Part shown: piece after piece, positions 57,901-64,000 of the stretch
Position numbering within the stretch: the first letter of the stretch is position 1
How the letters are laid out: the number at the start of each line of letters is the position of its first letter
Assembly: GCA_026396515.1 (NCBI GenBank)
Contig: JAPLWQ010000001.1
Coordinates: 64,564-128,563, forward strand
Reading direction: 5' to 3'
Source of the DNA: Candidatus Magasanikiibacteriota bacterium
GTDB lineage: Bacteria; Patescibacteriota; Patescibacteriia; Magasanikbacterales; GWA2-37-8
DNA length: 64,000 nucleotides
Position numbers and translations under genes: made by a program
The notes under the pieces: model-generated
What the model was told of the DNA's origin: nothing
The model's input: the letters and a program-made list of their open reading frames with translations, nothing else
Database searches by the model: none

Positions 57901-60900
57901 TCGCCATTGGCGCGTTAAATAGTGCTACAGCCGATTGGTCGGCCGCACTAGGCGGAAATTCCAATTATGCTTCAGGCACATATGCAACAGTTATTGGTGG
58001 TCTTAGTAATATTGCTGGCGGTCAATATTCAGTAGCCGGAGGTTGGATTTCCCAAGCTACTGGTTTTGGATCGGTGGCAATCGGGATAGGCAATAGCGCT
58101 ACGGGTAATCGTTCATATGCTTTTGGGTCAGGTATGACGGTTTCCGGAGTAGAATCATTTGGCATAAATATTAACAGTATTGCAAATCAAAGCATGTCTC
58201 AATCCCACGCCTTCGTTATCGTTGGCGGTAATGTTGGTGTTGGCACAGTTGCCCCCGGTTATTCACTGACAGTTGCCGGTGATTTTGCCGCTACGGGCAC
58301 TATTAGAGTGGGCGATACAATGTCTGCCGGTACATATGGCCAAGTTCTGATGTCCACTGCCACCAGCGCACAGTGGATTTCTACATCGTCGCTTGGCCTC
58401 GGCAATGTATCCGGCACCGGTTTAGCCAATCACGTTTCATACTGGAGCAGCGCCACCAGCCAAACATATGACAGCGACGGAAAATTTTATTGGGATTCGA
58501 CAAATAATCGTCTTGGTATTGGTACGACGGCACCGACGGAAACATTGGCAATATATAATCCTGTGGGTTCAAATTCAAGCTTGTCCTTGGCTGATGGAGA
58601 TGTCGCACACGGCGTAACAACATTGGCAGGCACAAATATTTGGCTATTGGCAAATGAGCACTCTGCGGATAAAGGCGGAGCACAATTAACAGGTTTTTCT
58701 GATGCGTCAGATAATCCAGCGTTTGAAATTAAAGGTGTGAACGTTTCCGACCCGGACAATAATATTCCAGCAATTATTTTTGATGGATATAGTGCTAATG
58801 GAACTGGGGTTAAGGCCGTGGGAGCGACCAAGACAGTATTGCAAATACAAAATAATGGTTCTGCTCTGTTCAGTTTATTAGGAAACGGCAACGTCGGCAT
58901 CGGTACAACCTCTCCAAGCTATTCCTTAACGATTGCCGGAAATATTGCTGTCACTGGTACGATTAGAGTGGGTAATACTCTGGATGCGGGAATATATGGT
59001 CAGATGCTTATGTCTACTGCCACCAGCGCACAGTGGGTTTCAACTTCTTCCCTTGGTTTTGCTTCTTCTTCCGGTTCAAACAATTATATTCAAAATCAAA
59101 ATTCAGCTGACCAGGTTGCGAATTTTAGAATCGGCGGTATTGGCACGATGAGTACAACGACCATTGGCACCACTACTTCTCAATTTGCTTTGACAATTGG
59201 CGGAGACGGAGGTATTTACGCGTTTGGCCCCGGTGTTGGAGATGACACCGTAGGAACATCGCTCACTGAATCCGGTGCCGGCACTAAAATGCTCTGGTAC
59301 CCGCGCAAGGCGGCTTTCCGTGCCGGGTATGTTAACGGTGCGCAATGGGACGATGCATATATTGGTAATTATTCGGTTGCATTCGGCAGTGGGAACATAG
59401 CATCCGCTACCTACTCATATGTTGCCGGTGTTGGAAATATTGTCTCCGGTTCAGGATCTACTATTGCCGGAGGTAATACCAATTGGAATTCTGGCGGTTC
59501 TGCGTTTATCGGCGCAGGTTTTAACAATGATGTTTATCAAGCAAACTATGCGTTCATCGGAGCCGGCGTGATGAATACTGTGCGTGGCTCCGAATCATTT
59601 GTTGGCGCCGGAAGCCTTAACAACGCTATAGGCATTGAATCGTTCGTCGGCGGTGGGTGGGCCAACAGTGCTCTTGCGGACAACTCATTCGTCGGCGGCG
59701 GCACGAGCAATATTGCGTCCGGCACATATTCATTCGTCGGCGGCGGTATTATGAACAGGGCGGAGGGCATATTTTCCGCTATTGCCGGCGGTAATCAGAA
59801 TCAAGCCCTGGGCAATTATTCATTCGTCGGTGGTGGTAATTTAAATATAGCTTCCGGCATAAACTCAACCGCCTTGGGGCGCAGCATGCAAGTTTCAGGA
59901 AATTATTCTTTTGGTGTTAACGTCTCCACGACGGTTGCTTTACTTTCTCAAGATAACACCATTGCCTTAATGGGCGGCAATGTTGGTATAGGCACCACTA
60001 CCCCGGAGTTTTCCTTAGCTGTTGGTGGAGATGGCGGCATTCTTGCTGTTGGTCCAGGGCTTGGCGATAATACAGAAGGTACTATTCTCACAACATCAGG
60101 CACTGGCACTCGCATGATCTGGTATCCGCGAAAAGGCGCCTTTAGAGCCGGAACAGTCACAGGAACGCATTGGGATGATGGAAATATTGGAAGCTTTTCT
60201 TTTGCTTCCGGGTTAAATAATATTGCTTCCGGGGATTTATCATTTGTCGCCGGCGGTATGGAAAATACAGCTGCCGGCATGGGTGCTTTTGTGACGGGCA
60301 TCGGGAATACAGTAAATGGTTCAATGGCAACCGCTTTCGGTGGCATGAATACGGTTGATGGAATCCTCGGTATTGCTTTCGGTGGAATGAATACTGTTTC
60401 CGGTAATGCCAGTCTCGCGATGGGTGTGTATAACGTAGCCAGTGCTATGGGTTCAGTGACTGTTGGCGCATATAATACATCTTCAGCTTCAGGAGGTATC
60501 GCCTTAGGAGCATACAATTCTGTTAACGCGACTCAGGGTACCGCGCTAGGTTATTACAATGAGATTAATGACGTTGGCGGAATCGCTTTTGGTAATCTTA
60601 ATACTATAAATGGGACCATGTCCGTTGCGATTGGTTCAAATTTGACTATCAACGGTGATCAGTCCTTTGGTTTAAATATTGATGGGGCCACCCCGTATAT
60701 TATTGATCAGGATTATGTTATCGCTTTTCTTGGTGGCGATGTCGGCATTGGCACAACTACTCCTTCGACTAAATTACACATCGCCGGCACTACTACGGCG
60801 CAAAATATTATTCCGGACGGTCCGTACACCGGCAATATGAGCGCCTACAATCTCGGTACCTCCGCCGCCCGCTGGAATTCTATTTGGACCGGTACGACAA

Positions 60901-63900
60901 ACATTGGCACGAACACCTGGTCGCTTACCACAAAGGATGACGGACGGTTTGGAATATTTGACCAGCCCGGCGGGGCTGGCAGTGAACGGATGACACTTGC
61001 CATGAATGGCAATATTGGTGTGGGTACCACTACACCGTCGGCAAAAATTCATGTGGTTACCGGTCCGGGTGGGTTGATCACTGTCGGTACCCCGTCAAAT
61101 TTGCAGATGGCTTCGAGCACCGGGGGAAAAAGGTATTACGGTACCCTCGGGGGACCGTGGACTCACAATGCGCGAGTTTACGCGTACAAAGACACCATGT
61201 CGGGCAGGGTATATTCTTCTTCTTATGCGACACTTGGGAGTGATTGGACAGATGATGGGTCGGTAAGCTACGACCTTGAATGGACATGGGATCCTGTTTC
61301 AGGAGCCGACGGCTATCGCGTATTAAAATCTGACGATTTTAATGAATTTGTTTATGATTACTATGCAGACGTTGGTACCAACTCTTTGTCGGATAACGGA
61401 GACACTCCTTGGTCCTGGCCGGTTGTTGTGACGCCGACTTCAGCATATGACTATTCCGGTGCGATGCGGCTTGGTGCGGATTCCTCAAATTATGTTGATT
61501 TCAAAGTAGGTAATGATTCAGGGTTGGGAATCTTTAACAGCACTGGTAGTGGTATTATCCACATGACTGCCAACGGCAATGTCGGTATCGCAAAAACCAA
61601 CCCTGATTATACACTTGATGTGAACGGTACGGTGAATATTCCGCAAACGAACGGCACGACAACAGGAGTTATTTATATGGATGGTGTGCGGTTTATCTCA
61701 TCACCTCACGCCAACACATGGGACGAATATAATGTTTTTGTCGGACAGAATTCCGGGAATGTTACTGCTACCGGCGACAGCAATGTGGCTATCGGCGATA
61801 GAGCCATGATGTCTCTTAGTGGTGGAAGGTGGAATACAGCTGTCGGAGGCTACGCCATGTATTCCAACACCACCGGCCAATTCAACACCGCCATTGGAAA
61901 CCGTGCGTTGGTTAATAATACTGACGGCGGAATGAATACTGCCATGGGCGGCTACGCACTGAGAGACAATATTTCAGGAGAAGCCAATGTAGCTGTCGGT
62001 TACAATGCATTATCCTGGAATTTGGCCGACAACAATACCGCTGTAGGTCTGGAGGCACTGCAGCAAAATACAACTGGTTATCAAAATACCGCTGTTGGCG
62101 GCAGTGCGCTTTCAAGAAATGTAACCGGGTATTTCAATACTGCTGTGGGTCAGACCTCCGGATTTTATAATGTTGCGGCAATAAATACTACTTTTATAGG
62201 TTATGCTGCGGGTTTTGGTGCGGGAGGAGATTATTCCGCGGGAGAAGTCACTGCTATCGGCACGGAATCTTTATACAACATCCGTACAGGAGCGGAGGAT
62301 AATACCGCCCTTGGTTATCGCGCAGGTTACGCTGTCACTACTGGCGCGAATAATATTTTGTTAGGCTATCAGGCCGCCGACAACTTAACCGTCGGTTCAA
62401 ACAACATCGTAATTGGGTATAATATTGATGCCCGGGCGGTCGGGTCGGCAAATACACTTAATATTGGCAATCTTTTATTCGGCACCGGCATCAACGGCAC
62501 CGGCACCACATTAAGCACCGGCAATATCGGTATTGGTATTGCAACGCCGACAGAAAAAATGGATATCGACGGCAGTATCAATATTTCGGCCGGAAATTAT
62601 TATAAATACAATGGCGCAAATTTTGCCATGGCCTCAACCACACGCAATAACTTTTTTTCAGGCGGGGCAGGTAATTTGACAATGACGGGCTATTTAAACA
62701 CCGCCATGGGTGAGGGGGCGCTCGCTTCCAATATGAGCGGTGAGGGCAACACTGCTAACGGTCAAACAGCTCTTTATGCCAATGACACCGGCTCATACAA
62801 TACTGCAAATGGCATGTGGGCGCTCCGTTGGAATACCTCGGGGAGTTTGAATGTGGCTGAAGGCGCTTATTCCTTGTATTCTAATATTTCAGGCGGCAAC
62901 AATATCGGCGTCGGTTTTCAAACCTTGTTTCATAATACTTCTGGTTCCAATAATAGCGCGATCGGTAACTCTGCCCTTTTTGATAATTCGACTGGCTACA
63001 GTAATCTTGCCTTCGGCTTTCAGGCGCTTCAACACAACACTGTTGGCTCAGGCAATACTGCAATCGGCTACTTTGCCGGCGTCGGGAATGCAACTAACAC
63101 GCCGACGTATTTGGACATTGGCTCCACTTTCATCGGTCATATGGCTTCCCGCGATCCTTCGGTTCCCACTTCCACCCCGCTTTACAATGCCACGGCCATC
63201 GGTAACAACGCCAAGGTCGGAGCGAGCAATTCACTTGTTCTCGGTGGCACTGGGGCTGATGCGGTGAAGGTCGGTATCGGCACATCAACTCCTTTGTTTA
63301 CACTCACAGTTGAGGGCGGCGTTTACGCTTCCGGAACATTTGGCGCTGGTGAGACGCTTTCTTATGGCGGCGCCGGCACGCGCATGCTTTGGTATCCGCG
63401 CAAGTCGGCTTTTCGAGTTGGAACGGTTGGCTATTTGCAAAACAGCGATGCATGGGATGACTCAAGAATTGGAGCTTTCTCATTTGTAGCTGGCTTAGAC
63501 AGCGTAGCCTCGAACGCAGCTTCGGTTGCGTTCGGTTATAACAACTTTTCAACTGGTCCGGCTTCATTTGTCGGAGGAGCGAACTCCACTTCAAGCGCCT
63601 CCACCTCGTTTGCCTATGGCAATGGCGTAGTAGCATCAGGGAACAGGTCTTTTGCGATTGGAAATAATACTTTGGCTTCAGGGAGCAATTCGTTTGCGGG
63701 CGGAATGGAAGGAACCATCGCCAGCGGAGAGAATTCTTTTGCCTTTGGTAATTCTGTTGTAACATCAGCAAGTAATACCTGGGCGGGCGGTATGTTCTCA
63801 ACTTCAAGCGGGGGAAATAGTTTGGCGTTCGGCAATGGTGTTGATGTTTCCGGGATAAATTCCGTGGGTTTCGGCATGGATACGAAAGTATCGGGCGGAG

Positions 63901-64000
63901 GTTCTTTCGCCTTCGGAAATCAATTTACAACGGCCGCGGGTGACAGTTCAATGGCAGGCGGTATTCGCTCGTATGCGGGTGGTCTTTCATCTTTTGCCCT
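51978..64000 (+). CDS. Second giant adhesin-like paralog, >4000 aa, truncated by the window end
   Basis: ATG at 51978 reads MNFVSEKVAKKMTSHKAVILKLFG..ITYQGKL. The same frame reads GIRSYAGGLSSFA at the window end, and the ORF track shows no closed ORF in this frame. LVIVD-like repeats at about 54400-55320. Confidence 0.88.
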   Translation, partial: MNFVSEKVAKKMTSHKAVILKLFGSFCLFAGFISLALSAQGAQPPQIITYQGKLLIGGSPASTTQNMYFVLYDAPTGGTPLYTASGTLVVTSSIAVTPVSGLFTVNLGDTGTNALDSKMFQNNSALYIEVRIGSEILTPRKRISSAPYAFNSKYLDGVAPSTNTNTTHIPVSDSSGNFNFNNVTSTAAYVGGILSVVGNSYFGNIASGTWSGTAIGASRGGTGADSSGWTGFAYVSGGAWTSTTSIPAGSLPSNIMLEGENISLLNNDAGYITSTLSYVETDPIWSAVSTSLTVSNFATNTISQWYNNAGYITDGNTNWDNSYGFITSSSADNLTNKTGLISMWTNNVGYITNTLSYVETDPIWMAASSSYSLITHNHYGVYASSTHYHTSTTISDLVVADFATPNISQWTNDSGYVTSSYVPTGMVSGTGSNGQVSFWTGANSVSGSSTFVWNNTNGRLSIGTSTTAYKLWVEAGANDGMVLTRGGVPMAALATGAAANGVLQLYNSSGTLATQLGTGALEMMNFSGVTTTRFSSAGSSYVTGGRFGSGTSSLDAQIVIQPHEFGMANVFKIYDWNGLPILNVLQNGNFGILDDTPAAALTVGSGDLFQVNSSGNIIRINNVAYSWPSFNNSTSSILLNDGSGNLSWATSSQFGGSGTSTSPGGSNMAIQFNDAGAFGGTSTFVWDNSTGRLGIGTSTPQTLFQVAGVATMQNIIPDGPYTGNMSAYNLGASTTRWNSIWTGTTNIGTNTWSLTTGADGRLGIFDQSNGGGNELISFATNGNVGIGTVATSTRFYIDNPQSGLELINYTGLPQNINNIRVTNDKAYYIAWESGLGRYYIGISDVSVQSAPALISTTTPAYPVLASGGEEFAADGNNVYIGVRDDVAGTTSVYIYDVTTPASPSHVGTIGAGTSTIDEMDVRGNNLYIATSDVGGAMLSVYNISVPSSPSFTTSTALMDAARQMSVDDNFAYVGENSQLEIFTLANLANKTNIPSASSRFSDVKRSGDYLFAVEEGYGVRFFNVTNEMTPVELNSGSPFISSYGEVYRFVIDGTIVYSTIRDEGVEAFDITSSTDWSSLAFFAYEYTLPHIDVDADHYIYADAPKYTGILKLNVVTGAKPYAAIFSGGNVGIGTTAPTKALTVVGSIEASRGIYLQSAVPGDTTNALYNDGSTLYWNGAPVVASTLPGGSYGNIQYNDGAGGFAGLGGSLLIGDSMYVGMGNDTNYQWWTGEVAAIGGAANTINSSYSAIIGGMSNTVGLNDGTFNGLRGARSVVIGGSGNIAGNSSTYPFGYADAAVVGGISNQARGERSFIGGGAHNNAMGVNSYAFGYGMTVYGNYSFGINVNSSSLPILSQNNSIALLGGNVGIGNNAPSYQLDVNGDINLNGDLRVSGTAGSMGQILQATGFGMQWVSTNTLGITDTTSTPGGSNMSVQFNSANTFGGTSTFVWNNTNGRLGIGTSTPVTALSIIAPTGNSGMQIANTSGQAVFAAGTHAMDTSAGIMAIYYNNSAYSYLSATSTLTPYALSLASGVFAVEHDGNLNKIRGISYYWPTSAATNSFLYYNNSGVLSWETTSSLGIGGGVTGSGTSTQVAFWSGANSLSSSSSLYWDNTNGRLGINNSAPEFALTLGNDGGIIAAGTAGSGATLASAGAGTRMIWYPRKAAFRAGYVNNTQWDDVNIGAYSFAGGNQVRASGQGSTAFGTASIASGNGSFAAGDFASASGEYAFAGGEGTIASGKSSVALGNFTVASNNYSVALGNYTVANSTGAFSAGNYNTSSANYASTLGSYNTAAGNSSLALGLGNYVNTSGLYGAVAMGSSSYVNAQTAMAFGRNVTTTGNNSIAMGQYLTVSGVGSFGLSVSSTLNPTISNNNVIALMGGNVGIANTGPTVALNVGALTGSAADGGIIARGNLGSGSILDSTNLPAASGAYMIWNPRKGAFRATTESSVTYLRDGYVGISSVAMGNNVIASGTASVAIGALNSATADWSAALGGNSNYASGTYATVIGGLSNIAGGQYSVAGGWISQATGFGSVAIGIGNSATGNRSYAFGSGMTVSGVESFGININSIANQSMSQSHAFVIVGGNVGVGTVAPGYSLTVAGDFAATGTIRVGDTMSAGTYGQVLMSTATSAQWISTSSLGLGNVSGTGLANHVSYWSSATSQTYDSDGKFYWDSTNNRLGIGTTAPTETLAIYNPVGSNSSLSLADGDVAHGVTTLAGTNIWLLANEHSADKGGAQLTGFSDASDNPAFEIKGVNVSDPDNNIPAIIFDGYSANGTGVKAVGATKTVLQIQNNGSALFSLLGNGNVGIGTTSPSYSLTIAGNIAVTGTIRVGNTLDAGIYGQMLMSTATSAQWVSTSSLGFASSSGSNNYIQNQNSADQVANFRIGGIGTMSTTTIGTTTSQFALTIGGDGGIYAFGPGVGDDTVGTSLTESGAGTKMLWYPRKAAFRAGYVNGAQWDDAYIGNYSVAFGSGNIASATYSYVAGVGNIVSGSGSTIAGGNTNWNSGGSAFIGAGFNNDVYQANYAFIGAGVMNTVRGSESFVGAGSLNNAIGIESFVGGGWANSALADNSFVGGGTSNIASGTYSFVGGGIMNRAEGIFSAIAGGNQNQALGNYSFVGGGNLNIASGINSTALGRSMQVSGNYSFGVNVSTTVALLSQDNTIALMGGNVGIGTTTPEFSLAVGGDGGILAVGPGLGDNTEGTILTTSGTGTRMIWYPRKGAFRAGTVTGTHWDDGNIGSFSFASGLNNIASGDLSFVAGGMENTAAGMGAFVTGIGNTVNGSMATAFGGMNTVDGILGIAFGGMNTVSGNASLAMGVYNVASAMGSVTVGAYNTSSASGGIALGAYNSVNATQGTALGYYNEINDVGGIAFGNLNTINGTMSVAIGSNLTINGDQSFGLNIDGATPYIIDQDYVIAFLGGDVGIGTTTPSTKLHIAGTTTAQNIIPDGPYTGNMSAYNLGTSAARWNSIWTGTTNIGTNTWSLTTKDDGRFGIFDQPGGAGSERMTLAMNGNIGVGTTTPSAKIHVVTGPGGLITVGTPSNLQMASSTGGKRYYGTLGGPWTHNARVYAYKDTMSGRVYSSSYATLGSDWTDDGSVSYDLEWTWDPVSGADGYRVLKSDDFNEFVYDYYADVGTNSLSDNGDTPWSWPVVVTPTSAYDYSGAMRLGADSSNYVDFKVGNDSGLGIFNSTGSGIIHMTANGNVGIAKTNPDYTLDVNGTVNIPQTNGTTTGVIYMDGVRFISSPHANTWDEYNVFVGQNSGNVTATGDSNVAIGDRAMMSLSGGRWNTAVGGYAMYSNTTGQFNTAIGNRALVNNTDGGMNTAMGGYALRDNISGEANVAVGYNALSWNLADNNTAVGLEALQQNTTGYQNTAVGGSALSRNVTGYFNTAVGQTSGFYNVAAINTTFIGYAAGFGAGGDYSAGEVTAIGTESLYNIRTGAEDNTALGYRAGYAVTTGANNILLGYQAADNLTVGSNNIVIGYNIDARAVGSANTLNIGNLLFGTGINGTGTTLSTGNIGIGIATPTEKMDIDGSINISAGNYYKYNGANFAMASTTRNNFFSGGAGNLTMTGYLNTAMGEGALASNMSGEGNTANGQTALYANDTGSYNTANGMWALRWNTSGSLNVAEGAYSLYSNISGGNNIGVGFQTLFHNTSGSNNSAIGNSALFDNSTGYSNLAFGFQALQHNTVGSGNTAIGYFAGVGNATNTPTYLDIGSTFIGHMASRDPSVPTSTPLYNATAIGNNAKVGASNSLVLGGTGADAVKVGIGTSTPLFTLTVEGGVYASGTFGAGETLSYGGAGTRMLWYPRKSAFRVGTVGYLQNSDAWDDSRIGAFSFVAGLDSVASNAASVAFGYNNFSTGPASFVGGANSTSSASTSFAYGNGVVASGNRSFAIGNNTLASGSNSFAGGMEGTIASGENSFAFGNSVVTSASNTWAGGMFSTSSGGNSLAFGNGVDVSGINSVGFGMDTKVSGGGSFAFGNQFTTAAGDSSMAGGIRSYAGGLSSFA

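Noticed and set aside
53170-63877. Many short ORFs suggesting a decayed or recoded region
   Set aside because: All lie in other frames or on the other strand of one continuous ORF from 51978 that lacks a stop inside the window.
39869-64000. Prophage tail region
   Set aside because: The fibre-like genes have signal/TM N-termini and host-type promoters, and there are no capsid, terminase or baseplate genes.

Overview
Bacterial chromosomal window in the standard code, most likely Patescibacteria/CPR (inferred from LxGAGC-type signal peptides, a DUF5652-like protein, mostly SD-less core genes and giant S/T/G/N-rich surface proteins). The core backbone has tRNA-Met, an SDR threonine dehydrogenase, an ECF sigma factor with a DUF4349 partner, two HU genes, proS, tRNA-Glu, rny, truB, infB and trxA. 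About 10.2-32.2 kb is an integrated element anchored at tRNA-Glu. It carries a large serine recombinase behind a structured attenuator-like leader, an AAA+ helicase-like gene ending in GTGAAC iterons, and a nuclease/lipoprotein cargo operon. Distally it has an array of unrelated cargo blocks separated by six copies of a conserved 55-170 bp repeat, whose full-length copies carry the same iterons inverted. A second ~50 bp repeat and a duplicated 33-nt pseudoknot are nested in that array. A distinct class of mostly GC-rich genes with near-consensus promoters, boxA-like motifs and strong Shine-Dalgarno sites is scattered through the window. The last 24 kb hold two paralogous mosaic giant adhesin-like genes (3318 aa, and >4000 aa running off the end and absent from the ORF track) separated by a GC-rich Asp-Thr-repeat lipoprotein. 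All family assignments come from motifs read by eye; no searches were run.
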